Notes: a model not told the origin generated them from the sequence alone. A stretch of DNA of 64,000 nt from Eledone cirrhosa (GCA_964016885.1 OZ024742.1:12586001-12650000); one strand, 5' to 3'. Counted from the stretch's first letter, positions 40,321 through 54,199 are shown. A program made the numbers and translations.

Positions 40321-40417
40321 CCTAGCATTTCGAACCACTTTTTTCCATATAAAACAGAAGTAACATTCAAAGACCAACCAGACGTGGGAAAAACCACATC
40401 CCACCATCTCAATCCTA

Positions 40418-40454
40418 CTTTTGAAAAGCAGAAGAACTGCGAAACCGGTAAAAG
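40418..40454 (+). ncRNA. Degenerate minimal hammerhead (family I)
   Basis: CTTT TGAAAA (mutated core) GCAG-aagaa-CTGC GAAA CCGG TA^ AAAG. Confidence 0.5.
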
Positions 40455-40567
40455 AACCAAATAATTATATATTTTAATTAAAAAAACGACTCCAGTTGCA
40501 TTTTCGATTTCATCTTTTTTCCTTATATATATATATATATATTCTTTGCTTAAACTTTAATCTGTTA

Positions 40568-40681
<114 letters not shown>

Positions 40682-40942
40682 AAGGTTTCAATAAATGCGT
40701 CCGTAGGCGGTATGCCGTTTGAGCACTGCGCCCACATAGTAGTAGTTTGCTGACCAAGTTCGGGTGATGCACAGCTCACGCCTGAAAGGATGCAGACAGT
40801 GGACGGATTTGACTGGTCAAGGAAGGAGGTGACGCCTCAAATTCTTGACCAATGAATTGGCCGCATATAGAGGATGATGTCAATAGCTGAGAATGAAACG
40901 GACCGATTATTGTCAGTTAGAAGAAATGCCTTGAAAACGATA

Positions 40943-41036
40943 AACATATCTGAGGACCTTGCGAATGCAGAGTCAGCTTCGATCTATAATAGATCCTGCC
41001 TTGAGCTGTTCGTCGGAGAAACATATGTAGTATGTT
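40943..41036 (+). ncRNA. Type I hammerhead ribozyme with extended stem II (family J)
   Basis: AACATAT CTGAGGA cCTtGCGAAT...GATCTA-taa-TAGATC...GTTCGTcGGa GAAA CATATG TA^ GTATGTT. Lies in a ~410-bp block (40672-41082) between (TA)n tracts. Confidence 0.85.
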
Positions 41037-41109
41037 AATAAATTGTGTTTTGATGCATCACTGATTCCTCGTTATCTATTTTATATATATATATACATAT
41101 ATATATATG

Positions 41110-41190
<81 letters not shown>

Positions 41191-41350
41191 AGTATAGAAA
41201 TTGTTGTAGCGAGAAGCTAACAGTATTCCATAACATATATATATATATATATATATATCAAGGATATTAATAAATGGAAACTATATTTATAAAACCATAT
41301 TTATTCTATTATTACCAACAAATTAATTATCCCTTTGCTTATATATATAT

Positions 41351-41416
<66 letters not shown>

Positions 41417-41790
41417 GTTTCTACTTTTGGCACAAGGCCAGCAATTACCCAGTAGATTACTGGTACTTTATTTTATCGACCCCGTAACTCTGTGCGTCAA
41501 AGCATAGAGTTACGGCCCTTGCCATTATATATATATAATATATTATATATATATAATAAAGTATGAATTCCTACGTGAAAAAAATACATATAGGGAAACA
41601 AGTATTATCCAACCGTATGCCAAAGTGGTTCTATGGCGGGTTAATAAATTAACTAGCCAGAACATATAAAATCAAGGTCTAGCAAATAGAGAATTATTTC
41701 TTTCATCATTCGCTCTTATTTGGGAATGGTTTTGTATGGCGTCAGTTTGTGATTTGAACTCGGGAATTTTATATTCTCCGAGGGATTAGA

Positions 41791-41872
41791 GCCTTCTGAA
41801 GATTGCTCCCTTCTCAGTGGCAATCCGCTTGGATTTTCCGTTTATTCTGGAGCTTGAAACCGCGGTAAAGGC
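41791..41872 (+). ncRNA. Type I hammerhead ribozyme (family K)
   Basis: GCCTT CTGAAGA ttGCTCC...GGAGCtt GAAA CCGCGG TA^ AAGGC. The host fragment 41670-41945 has 24-bp inverted ends (AATCAAGGTCTAGCAAATAGAGAA). Confidence 0.85.
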
Positions 41873-41941
41873 ACATATAATAAGTACAGCGATTTTTTTT
41901 AAAATTAATTTTAAAACTTTTTCTCTATTTGCTAGACCTTG

Positions 41942-42010
<69 letters not shown>

Positions 42011-42420
42011 GCATACAAACAGGTCATGCATATTTATAAACTCTACCTGTTCCATAAATAACTGAGATAAAACAGTTATACACTAAACTACATTCGTATT
42101 TATATACCCATTCCTCACCGGAGCAACACACGCCAACATTCCTTCGTACAGTTCGTAGAGAGACATTGAAACGAGCGGGTAGATGTGCATCTAATCATAC
42201 TAAATTTCAAGACATTCCATGATAAGATCAATGGGGAGTGGCACGACTAGAGAAATGAAAATATTACTGTCAGTTTGTGCCAACATTTCTGTGATCTTTT
42301 AACGGCAACTGCTGTTGGGTGTGTAAACTTAACGTAAGATTTGTCTGCTTCGTTAGATCTTAACTAATCCATTTACAGTTCTATTTAGAAATATTTACCA
42401 ACGGAAATACATGCACATAG

Positions 42421-42492
<72 letters not shown>

Positions 42493-42621
42493 TCTCTCTC
42501 CCTCTCTCTCTTTCTCTTTCTCACACACACACAGATACACACACACATACACAGACACACATTCACAGACTTTCTTACACACACAAAAACAGTCACCAAC
42601 GCAAATACATACGCATAGATG

Positions 42622-42705
<84 letters not shown>

Positions 42706-42710
42706 TACAC

Positions 42711-42757
<47 letters not shown>

Positions 42758-43197
42758 GTGTCTCTTTCTTAAACACACACACACACACACACAAGGACAT
42801 GCACCACCGCAAGTACATGCACATAGGTGTACTCAATCTCCTCTCTCTCTCTTTCTCTCTCTGTTTCACCCACACTCTCTCTCTCTCTCTCTGTCTCACA
42901 CACACTCTCTCTCTCTCTCCCTCTCTCTCACACACAAACACGTGGACAAATACACTAACACGCCACCTGGAAGCGCTAAAGTCACACTTGTGTAATATGG
43001 TAATCCCGGAGATATCTTTGTCACCAATGAAGGGGATACAACACCCGGAGCTACATTTGATCTTGGTGACCTTCCAATAGATCGATAGATCGATAGATAG
43101 ATAGATAGACAGACAGTAGATAGATAGTAGATAGATATATCGATAGATAGACAGATATACAGACAGACAGACAGACATACAGATAGATAGATAGATT

Positions 43198-43241
<44 letters not shown>

Positions 43242-43890
43242 TAACTTTAAGCATCTTTATACTTCAGAATTTATTTGTATATGTACTGCGGGGGTTTTAC
43301 ATTGCTGGAAGAATGTTTGAGGGTGCCATGCATTTTCACAAATCTATATCTTCGTTTTCAGACAACAAAATTACCAAGAATAAAAGACGAAACTGGTATT
43401 AATAAAACCAGAACAAGTTTAAAAGTGATCGCATGATATGCACACACAATCTTTCAAAGTAATAATTGTTAGATTGAAGAATATGGAATTGCTATGTTTT
43501 TGTTCCAAGATTATTTTACGCAATGGGCGGAATCTGAAAATAACTATTTACAGTGAAGAAAGCTTTGCTAACAAATAGGGAAAAATAATAATTCCACTCA
43601 TCTGGCCTTGTTAGATAAACTTGTGCCAAACCTGACTTGCTTATTAGGGATAAAACTGCTCTCTAAGTGTGTGTGTTTGGATGTGTGTATGTGTGTGTAT
43701 GTGTGTGTGTGTGTGCTTGGATGTGTGTGTGTGTGTATGTGTGTGTATGTGTGTGTGTTTGTGTGTGTGTTTGTGTGTGTGTATGTGTGTGCATGTGTGC
43801 CTGTGTGTGTGTGTTTGTGTGTGTGTATGTGTGTGTATGTGTGTGTGTATGTGTGTGTGTTTGTGTGTGTATTTGTGTGTGTGTTTGTGT

Positions 43891-43928
<38 letters not shown>

Positions 43929-44034
43929 CTGTGTGTGTGTGTCTGTGTAAGACTGTTCCAGTATATATTTGTTAGTGAGAGACTTAAGTTAGGGTATAAA
44001 AACAGATAACCAGACGGAAATATAAAAACAAATA

Positions 44035-44570
44035 ATAATAATGATAATAATGAGGATGATGGTAACGGTGATGATGATTATGGCGGTGGTGGTGGTGATG
44101 ATAGTAGTGGTGATGATGGTGGTGGTGGTGATGATAGTGGTGGTGGTGATGATGGCGGTGATTGTGATGATGGTGGTGATGATGGTGGTGGTGATGATGA
44201 TAGTGGTGGTAATGATGGTGGTGGTGGTGATGATGGTGATGTTGATGATGGTGTTAGTGGTGCTGGTGGTGATGATGTTGATGGTGATGATTGTGATGGT
44301 GATGATGATGGTGATGGTGATGGTGATGATGATGATGCTGATGATGATGATAATGATAATGATGATGATGATGATGATAATGATGATGATGAAGGTGATG
44401 ATGTTAGTAATATTGATTATGATGATGATGACGATGATAATTATGATGATGATGACGATGATAATTATGATGATGATGATGACGAATGTACTAATCATGA
44501 TGATGATAATGCTGATGACGACGATACTACTAACAACGATGACGACGACAATGATGGCTACCGACAATAG
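44035..44570. repeat. Degenerate (GAT/GGT)n trinucleotide tract
   Basis: Seen directly. Confidence 0.9.
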
Positions 44571-44853
44571 TGAACAACACGCCCAGATAAGTTGTATATA
44601 AGATTAAAATACATTTGAGCGTCAGCACGTCTTTCTTTATTGAATCTTGTAGCCTGTTTATATGTTGGCTTCTAACTACGTGTATTGGAATATAATGTAC
44701 AGTATTAAAGCCCCTTTGACGCCTCTACTGTTGCACATCTTCGTTGAACACATTGCCACTCTTAAATTGGCCATCCCACCATAATCACAGTCGCAGCATA
44801 TCATTTTTTTCTCTCTCTCGCTTTCTTTGTATGTATGTGTATATATATCTATG

Positions 44854-44909
<56 letters not shown>

Positions 44910-44930
44910 CAGACAGACACACACACACAT

Positions 44931-44975
<45 letters not shown>

Positions 44976-45000
44976 ATATATGCATGTGTGTGACTGTCTG

Positions 45001-45036
<36 letters not shown>

Positions 45037-45111
45037 AAGAGAAAGAGAGAGTGAAATTATATACATACATATATTATGTGTGTATATGTAATACATATAT
45101 AATTACATATG

Positions 45112-45144
<33 letters not shown>

Positions 45145-45542
45145 AGGTGTGAATGTGTTTGTGTATATATACATATACATATATATATATAAATATATAT
45201 ATATACATATACATATACATATGCATATACATATATGGGGGGGGGGGGTAGCTGAGATTGTAAGTTAATGTTAAGCTGATATAACAAAAGTAAAAAAACG
45301 TCATTGAAACTAGTTAACATTCAACGAACAAGAATACTTCAAGATTGTAGCCAAGATGGAACTCTAATAATTCCCTCTCTTTCCCAGAGAATGATATACC
45401 ATTATGATCGGAGATTACGATTAAACACAATCTAACAGCTTGTATTTCCTCTGCGCATGAGTAGAATTCACTTAGAAAATGTGACATGAAATATAGATAT
45501 GTGTCGAAAACCCTCTGTAATTTGAGATTGTATCATTCTGAA

Positions 45543-45720
45543 GGGCTGTGGGTTGGCAGTATCGTAGAGGGTCTGATGCCATGCTTTGCAGCCCTTTATG
45601 GTCTGAGTTCAAATCCCGCCGAGGTTAACTTTGTCTTTCATCCTTACGGGGTCGATAAAATAAAGTACCAGTAATACACTGGGATATTGCTGGCCTTGTG
45701 CCTATAGTAGTAATCATTAT
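45543..45720 (+). mobile_element. tRNA-derived SINE, near full length
   Basis: TGGCAGTATCG...GAGTTCAAATCCCGCCGAGGTTAACTTTGTCTTTCATCCTTACGGGGTCGATAAAATAAAGTACCAGT. Confidence 0.85.
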
Positions 45721-46579
45721 GAAGGGCTGTGTTTCTAGATGCCATTTTGGGATATTAAATAGATACATCATATACTGAACAATCTTACAGTATATTTATA
45801 TTTTAATTCTATATATCGTATGATACGGCGAATTAGGGTTGTTAGAAGGTCGGATAGAATGTTTTGTGGTATTCGATCCAGTTCTCTGTACTCTGAGTTC
45901 AAATCCTGCTGGGATCATTTGCAGGTCGACAAAAACGCTACAATCCTATTCTGTAGTCAATTCTTCCTCTATATCTCTTTCTCTTTTTATATCTAGCCAT
46001 TTCTCTCTCCCTATTTCTGGAAGAAATCGATTGTGTTGGGGACTGGAGAAGGGATGGGTTCCACCAGATTTAAAATGCCTCAGACATGGGTGTAACGGGG
46101 TCATATATATATTGCGAGATAGATAGATCCTGTCGCGGGTAGCTTTGGCTTTCATCCTAACGGGGTTGATAAAATAAAGTACCAGTAATGCACTAAAGTC
46201 GATTTAATCGACTTTACCCTCCCCAAACTTGTGCCTAAATCAGAAATTATTATTACCTTTTTTTCTTTTTTATTGCAAATATTATAAAATTTAATTGAAA
46301 TTTATAAGAAATTATAAAACTATCTATACCCAAGATAAGATCAAAGAAACATTTACTAATAACACAAAATACATTACACACCTTCATGATGGGGATTTTT
46401 TGTCAGTTCGATTCCTGGACAGGGCGATACGTTATGTCCTTGAGCAAGACACTTTATTTCACGTTGCTCCTTCTACCTTGAGTTGCGACCGATAGATAGT
46501 ACTAGCAACTGGAAAGACCAGCGGAAACATTGTTTCCTCGGTCCGATTTGACGAAAGTCGATCGAAAAAAAAAATTGTA

Positions 46580-46850
46580 TAGTAAACTGTGGTGTCATAC
46601 TTGTCAGTACTGTTCTAAAGAGAATATTGACGGTCGGAATATTTGAGCACTATCTTGGCTTCATTGCAGTAAATGCTGAAAATGCTGATTCAATTAAATA
46701 TCCGACAGGAATTGGTAGAGCCACTATTGCTAATGTAGATAGATTGGAAAGTTGGACTTCACATTCAGCTAAAATCTCTCAAAAGTTTGTTTTTGAAAAT
46801 GTTACTGTCAGGCTTGAAACGCATGACAGGTTTGAAAATGCTTCTTGAAC
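46580..46850 (-). pseudogene. Decayed hAT (Buster/Charlie-type) transposase C-terminal dimerisation domain
   Basis: My translation of the minus strand, QEAFSNLS...NF*...LSNLSTLAIVALPIPVGYLIESAFSAFTAMKPR*CSNI...RTVLTSMTPQF, resembles the P.L...A...LLPF.STYLCE.GFS....K.K.R pattern; two stops. Confidence 0.6.
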
Positions 46851-47751
46851 TTTCAAAAAGAAATCTTTACAGACAAAATCATCAGCACATTAAACCATTT
46901 ATATTTTCTACTGCATATTTTTTTCTCGTATTTTTTGCTTTTTCGGGAATTCTTTAATATTACGTTTCAAGAAAATGTCTGTGTTCTCCTCTTGGAGAGA
47001 CATTTTATTTCGTTAAGCTTCTGACAAAGAATATAATTTACAAAGCCATTTCTAATAAGAGCATTCTGAAGGATTTGTATTCTTTTCTTATGCAAATGCT
47101 GTTTTCTAAACCTACTAGTCTTCTAATATATTAACACATTCAACATATTGTGTTTATATTTATTGAAATAATTGTATCTGATGTAAAGTTACTTTGCAAA
47201 ATAGGAAAAAAAATACATTATTATTATTTGTTAAACTTGCGTTTAAATTACATATTTCTCACAATTATATTATCTCAGAAAGTATCCATTATTGTAACAT
47301 AGCACACTGTCTATATATAATGTAATTCCATATTGAGAATCTAAAACTATAATTGCATATACACATTTGCAAAAATACTTCCATTTCTTAAATTTTTTTT
47401 TTTTAATACTTGACTGAATGTAAAACAGCGTGTACTGTCATGTGACACTAGAGAATACCAAGTACATTACAAATCATTATAAAATCAAAAAGACATCATA
47501 CTGAACTTATGAACATGAATATTGATATCAAAATATAGACAAAAGTTCTTCGTAAATACTCAGGTGTGTCATCGACCAATCATTTTACAATATATGACAG
47601 CCATTAAAATGAGAGTGATATGTAAATTCATAAGAATTTGTATTTGTTCAATTTTTGCCTATATTCGTATTTTATGTTGTATTAACAAATAATTCATGTG
47701 ATGTCTATATTAATTATATTTTTTATACACAGATAAAAGAAAGGAAATAAC

Positions 47752-48100
47752 CGATGATTAGATCAAACCAAGGAAACAATATTTCCATTGGTCATTCCAT
47801 TGTTGATACTATTTGTCAATCACAACTCCTGGTAGAAGAAAGGAGCTGATCATCAGATCAAACCAAGGAAACAATGTTTCCATTGGTCTTTCCATTACTG
47901 ATACTATTTGTCAATCACAACTCCTGGTAGAAGAAAGGAGCTGATCATCAGATCAAACCAAAGAAACAAATTTTCCATTGGTCTTTCCATTACTGATACT
48001 ATCTGTCAGTCACAAATCCTGGCAAAAGAAAGGAGCTGATCATCAGATCAGACCAAGGGAACAATGTTTCCATTGGTCTTTCTATTGCTGATATTATCTA
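47752..48100. repeat. 95-bp tandem repeat, ~3.6 copies
   Basis: GATCARACCAA recurs at 47761, 47856, 47951 and 48046. Confidence 0.92.
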
Positions 48101-48654
48101 CCGCTGTTCAAATCCCACAGAGATCAAATTTGCCTGTCATTTTCCCGGGTGGGGGGGGGGGAATAAAATAAAATACCAACAAAGTACTGGGGTCGATATA
48201 ATCGACTTTCCCCTCCGCACAAATAGAGATATTGGGCCTAAACCCGAAACCATTATTTCGTTATGTCCCTTTACATCTTGGGTTCAAGTGCCGCCGAGAT
48301 CAATTTTACCCTTCATCTTTCAAGTGTCGATAAAATAAGGTATCAGTAAAGTTCTGAGGTTGATATAATCGATATATCCCTCCCCTACCCTACATAGTGT
48401 TGGCCTTGTGCCTAAATTATAAATCCTCGCTATTAATAAACCGTCTGAGATAAAACTATGAAAGAGAAGGTTGTGACAGTGAGAACCACTTCATTATAGA
48501 ACACAATTTAGTTTCAAAATATTTTTTTCTGCTATTTTATTTCTGTGGTAAAATTATATTATTAAAATCTTAGTATCGGTAGTGGGTCGGACGCCATGCT
48601 TAGTATCGGTAGTGGGTCGGACGCCATGCTTTGCAGCAAAGAGTTATGGCAGCA

Positions 48655-49340
48655 AAGTTACAGCCCGAATTAATCCGTACAGTGTTCGGCAACCATCATT
48701 GCCCTTTTGTTCAACACTGACAAAGGAACGATGAACTAGTTTCACTGTACGGCTTAATTCGGGCTGTTTGTTTACAAACAAACCGAACATTATAATAAAT
48801 GTTCGGTAAACCCATACGTACATATATATATATATATGTGTGTATGTATGTATATACATACTACTGTACGTCCGTATACATATATGTATGTACGTATACA
48901 TACTTATATTCAAGTATCAGCCGTACTAAGAGTGAGAAATGAAATTTCATTTTTTCCGTTTATCGATTTCGGTACGCCCGGCCGACTAACTCACTCGATA
49001 TGCAAATTAGGCTGCTCAGCCGTTAATATGCACAAGGAAAGTATATACTTTCAAACGTTCAATCAATTGACAAGAAGGTATACGGTACTGTTAACAGCTA
49101 ACAAGCTAGAACTAGTTCATCGTTCCTTTGTCAGTGTTGAACAAAAGGACAACGATGGTTGCCGAACACTGTACGGCTTAATTCGGGCTGTTTGTTTACA
49201 AACAAACCGAACATTATAATAAATGTTCGGTAAATCCATACGTACATATATATATGTGTGCATGTATGTATGTATATACATACATGCACACTACTGTACG
49301 TCCGTATACATATATGTATGTACGTATACATACTTATATA
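48655..49340. mobile_element. Repeat with partial tandem duplication and inverted 5' piece
   Basis: 48744-48910 repeats at 49168-49340; 48660-48741 is the reverse complement of 49109-49191. Confidence 0.7.
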
Positions 49341-49341
49341 C

Positions 49342-49378
<37 letters not shown>

Positions 49379-49463
49379 CATACACACACACAAAATATAA
49401 AATATAGTCTAGATAGATGTGAAACAAAACGAGGATGTGGTTTATGGAACACCCAAATGATTT

Positions 49464-49901
49464 AGAAGTCGACCTTAAATAGGAGCAATAACATTAAGAA
49501 AGTCATGAACGACACAACAACACTTTATTTTGAAAGTAGGTTTATAAGTATAAATTTTCATTAGGTTTACGTAATGGTCTCTGTGGCCTATCGGTAGGTA
49601 CTAGAGACGATGAAAATCATGGCCTTGAGTTCAATCCTGGTCAAGAGGTACATGTAACCTTCTTCAGTTTTTATTTTACAACCAATAGAAAAAAATGAAA
49701 AGTTTTACCGGGAACCCTACTCTCGAACAGGATCAATCTTCAGACCTGGATCTTGGATTCCTCCAACTAGGCCACCGAGACTGCTACAGAAGTATAATGA
49801 AAATTGATAATTATAAACCTACTTTCAAAATCAAAGTTAAAAAGATGTGGTCTCGTTCATGACTTTCCTAGAGCTGTTAGTGATATTTAGGGTCGACTTC
49901 T
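49464..49901. mobile_element. Fold-back element whose arms include tRNA-like heads
   Basis: Ends AGAAGTCGACC...GGTCGACTTCT. TTTTGAAAGTAGGTTTATAA is inverted. GTGGCCTATCGG...GAGTTCAATCC is mirrored by CAGGATCAATCTT...CTAGGCCAC. Confidence 0.7.
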
Positions 49902-50091
49902 GTTCATTATTGATAGTCTCTGGATTTCGCAAAATACATATTTTTATTGGAGAAGGTAAGATATTTTCCACAAAAATTTGATTGTACTGTTTCGTTTCCA
50001 CTAAATGATAGCATTCTATATGTAGGTGGGCCCCCTTCATATGCTGGCAGCCAATAATTTTAGACCCAGTCCGCCACTGTATATATATATA

Positions 50092-50223
50092 TAGGGTGTC
50101 CCCCCAAAATGTATACGCACTTTGTACAGGCAATATTTATTAGAAAACAGTTTATACATCTTTGTATAAACATTTATGAGAAATATTTATTAGAAAAGTG
50201 TGTATACATCTTTGGGACACCTG

Positions 50224-50225
<2 letters not shown>
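50092..50225. mobile_element. Tc1/mariner-type MITE (~130 bp)
   Basis: TAGGGTGTCCC...ATGTATACGCAC / GTGTGTATACAT...GGGACACCTG-TA. Confidence 0.7.
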
Positions 50226-50259
<34 letters not shown>

Positions 50260-50523
50260 TGTATATATACACTGTATTTTGCAATACATTGTATGCTTAA
50301 TTAAAAGCATTTCGAAGACCTTACGCTATTGTTTTAGAGTAGTGACAGTCTCACTTACTTTAATTTTCAGCAAACAGGGGAGATAAAGCTGACAGAGCCC
50401 TATTTCGCACTTTTTGGTGCTTATCAAAGCTAAGTACTCCACCTGTTTGCTGAAAATCATGAATGTTTGATTCTTATAGAATTCTAGTAATAATCAGGAA
50501 CTATCTATCTATCTATCTATCTA

Positions 50524-50626
<103 letters not shown>

Positions 50627-50821
50627 CATTATATATATATATATATTATATACATTATATATATATATGTGTATACACACACACATCTATATATATATGT
50701 GTGTGTATACACATATATATATAATGTATATAATATATATATAACGAAGGAGTTGTGGTAAGGAACAAGATGGACCATAACACACCAGAGTACTCAATAC
50801 TTAGGGTAGTAGAGTGGGTAA

Positions 50822-50933
50822 TAGGGAAAAGTAAGACCCCGACGGCTGAGCTCAAGCCGTTTCGACGGCTATTTCTGGACTCAGAAATATCTGTCGAAAC
50901 GGCTTGAGCTCTGTGTTCGGGGTCTTACTTTTT

Positions 50934-50938
<5 letters not shown>
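50822..50938. mobile_element. Short palindromic MITE
   Basis: GGAAAAGTAAGACCCCGA...GAGCTCAAGCCGTTTCGAC is mirrored. Half-copies at 14645-14695 and 28220-28270. Confidence 0.75.
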
Positions 50939-51000
<62 letters not shown>

Positions 51001-51007
<7 letters not shown>

Positions 51008-52397
51008 AACAAAAGATGGTTAAAGGAGTTCCATATATTTTATTATGCGCATTTCAAAAACAAATATCATCATGCAATAATATTTGTGTTTTCATCAGAT
51101 AAAACAGGAGGACATGATATGAAGATTAAAAAACACTTGTGGATAGTTCAGTTTTAAATCAACATATGAGAAGTAGTTTTAGATTGATGTGTGATATTGG
51201 GAAAAATATTTTATTTAGATGGGGGTGGTGGAAAGGATGAAAAAAGAAGGAGATGAGAGTGAAGGTGGAGAGGGAGGAGTATAATGAGGAAGGATGAGAT
51301 AGGAGGAGAGATGGGTTATATAGAGAGAGAGAGATAGTTTTTATAACTGAGAAAGATATATTGTTTTACATAGAGAGGTTGAAAACCGTTGGAAGATAAT
51401 GTATAAATTAAAAGAATTTGAAAATTAACGAAGAGAAAAATATGTGTGAAGAAAAAGAAGGAGTTAATATGTATTGAGAATAATGAGTTAGATGATAGGA
51501 GAAAAGATAATGAATTGAGGATGAATATTCTAACGTCAAAAAAAATGTATATGTTTACGAAGGATTTTTACAAGGTGATATAGAGTAAGAATGTGTTGTA
51601 TTATGTAATAATTGATTCTGTGTTAGGCAAGAGTGAGAAAAGGTACAGATTAGGGGTTAGATATTAGAAGAGAAGAAAAGGAAGTGATAAATATGGGTGA
51701 TGTAGAAAGATTAAACAAGTATTATAGAATTTGAAAATTAACGAAGAGAAAAGTAATGTAAAGTTAAGGTTTGTATATTGAAGGATTTGATAATATGTGC
51801 GAAGAAAAAGAAAATGTTAATATGTATTGAGAATAATGAGTTAGATGATAGGGAGAAAAGAATAATGAATTGAGGATGAATAATCTAGCGTCAAAAAAAA
51901 TGTATATGTTTACGAAGGATTTTTACAAGGTGATATAGAGTAAGAGTAATGAGTAAACAAGTATTATAGAATGTATAATAACCTTTGAAATAAGGTAGAA
52001 AGATGGGTATATTTTTAAAAGAAGTGTATATATATGTGCCTTTGAGAAAAAGATTCTAAATTGATAAAGAATTGAATATTAGCTGTATACTTTGTGAAAT
52101 GTTTTATGGAATTTATGCAAGCAGATAGAAAACAAGTCAGTGCGTCTATTTATTATAGAATCTAGATTAGAGATAATGGTAAATTTTTCATTTAGACAAA
52201 GATTGCAGATTTTAGATAGAGAACTGTTCAAGTATGACGCAGAATAAACCTTCTTCCAAAAGATGCTATATTTAATGTTTTTGTCTTTCAAGGACTATAT
52301 GAGTTCTGAGAGAGCCGTGTTGGTTCTTTTAAGTTTGTATTTAAAATGCGCATAATAAAATACATGGAACTCCTTTAACATCTTTTGTTCTTATATA
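51001..52397 (-). mobile_element. 5'-truncated Penelope-like element (second family) with short inverted pLTR piece
   Basis: 52340-52079 reads NTALSELI*SLKDKNIKYSIFWKK...CNLCLNEKFTI...NRRTDLFSICLHK, a GIY-YIG C-terminus. 52343-52397 inverts 51001-51055. HHR at 51037-51105. Confidence 0.85.
51037..51105 (-). ncRNA. Type I minimal hammerhead ribozyme (family L, PLE pLTR)
   Basis: Minus strand: GTTTTAT CTGATGA AAAcACAAATATTAT...GATATTTGTtTTT GAAA TGCGCA TA^ ATAAAAT. Confidence 0.85.
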
Positions 52398-52484
52398 TTA
52401 TGTATACTCCAGTCCTACAAACTGTAGAGTGCTTCTTATCCGATATCTGCATTGCTTTATTGTACTACAATAAAACTCACCTCC

Positions 52485-52612
<128 letters not shown>

Positions 52613-52714
52613 GTTTAATCATTTTAAGTCAGTTCATATGTATTTAAATGTAATTTGTTTGTCTCAGGATTTGCGTGTGTATGTCTGTGCACTATGTCGT
52701 GTACATATATGTGA

Positions 52715-52751
<37 letters not shown>

Positions 52752-52752
<1 letters not shown>

Positions 52753-53447
52753 GAATAAATTTAGTCCTTCATCAGTGATCTTCCAACCTCATTGGTATTT
52801 CATCGCTTTAAAGACCATATACCTCCGGTTGGTGCGAGCAACGGCTAAAGAAAGTCGTTGGGACACGTAAATAAGGGGAACGGCAGCGAGACTGTAAACA
52901 ATCAAAGATGGTAATGCAAAGAAAAGTGAGGAAGAAGGAGTCAAGTCCCAGAAATCGATGAATATAAGTTCTATGAAATCGTGGACGAGAGAGAATAAAG
53001 ACCATCAAACCTAGTCGAAATGTGAACAAGGAAAGAATTTCACACAGGTCAAACGGGAGGAGGAAGGAGTCTAGTCCCTGAATTCGGTGAAATCGTAGAC
53101 GAGAGAGAAAAAAAAGGAACAAACAGCCTGGTGAAAGTGTGCGTGAGGAAAGAATTTCGCACAGGTCAAACGGGAGGAAGTCGGAGAGGGAGTAGCAGAG
53201 AGTGGGGGAGTGAAAGGTGAGGAAGAGGCTAACAGAAAGAGTGACTGTTAGAGGGGGTAAAGGGAAGTGAGAGATAGAGAGAAAGAGGAAGCAGGAAGAA
53301 TGAAAAAGACGGGTCACAGTGGAGGAAAATATATATGAAAAATATGAAAACAAGACGTGCTGCGTGGTTGCAATAGGGTTACATATGAATAAATTGTCCT
53401 TCATCAGTGATCTTCCAAACTTCATTGGTATTTCATCGCTTTAAAGA

Positions 53448-53452
<5 letters not shown>
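52752..53452 (-). mobile_element. Repeat fragment with ~70-bp terminal direct repeats, probable pLTR remnant
   Basis: 52752-52820 repeats at 53383-53452. Each copy carries CTGATGAAGGAC on the minus strand but no GAAA half. (TA)n flanks. Confidence 0.5.
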
Positions 53453-53501
<49 letters not shown>

Positions 53502-53548
53502 GTGTGTGTGTGTGTGTGTGTGTGTCTCATAGCGTATGTGTGAGTGTT

Positions 53549-53623
<75 letters not shown>

Positions 53624-53664
53624 ATGTGTGTGTGTATATATATATATATACATGTGTGTGTGTG

Positions 53665-53715
<51 letters not shown>

Positions 53716-53859
53716 ATGTGAATGTGAGTGTGTGTATTTGTGTTCGTGCGCGATCATCTATTAATGTATTTAAACCTATCTCTCTACCCACTAATCGATA
53801 TTTCTAGTTACATATCTTAGTATTTCATCCCATCTATCTGATCCTCTCACTCTCTCTAT

Positions 53860-54199
53860 TTCTGTCTCACTCTCTATGTCTTTCTCTCTCTCTCTCTTTC
53901 TTCCTCACTCTCTCTCTCTCTCTCTCAATCACACACACACACGCTCTTTCATTTTCACACTCTCTCACTCTCTCTCTCTCACACACACACGCACACGCTC
54001 TTTCACTCTCACACTCTCTTACACACACTCTCTCTCTCTCACTCACTCTCTCTCTCTCACACACACACGCACACGCTCTTTCACTCTCACACTCTCTCAC
54101 TCTCTCTCTTTTTTTCTCTCTCTCTCACTCTCTCTCTCTCTCTCACACGCACACGCTCTTTCTCTCTCACACACTCTCACACTCTCCCACTCTCTCATA

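Noticed and set aside
46627-46848. 73-aa plus-strand ORF
   Set aside because: Antisense to the decayed hAT domain.
47752-48100. CRISPR array (also the 73-bp repeat at 56550)
   Set aside because: No unique spacers, no cas genes, eukaryotic context.
52752-53452. Complete hammerheads near 52770 and 53400 (minus strand)
   Set aside because: Only CTGATGA and a partial stem II; no GAAA or stem III.
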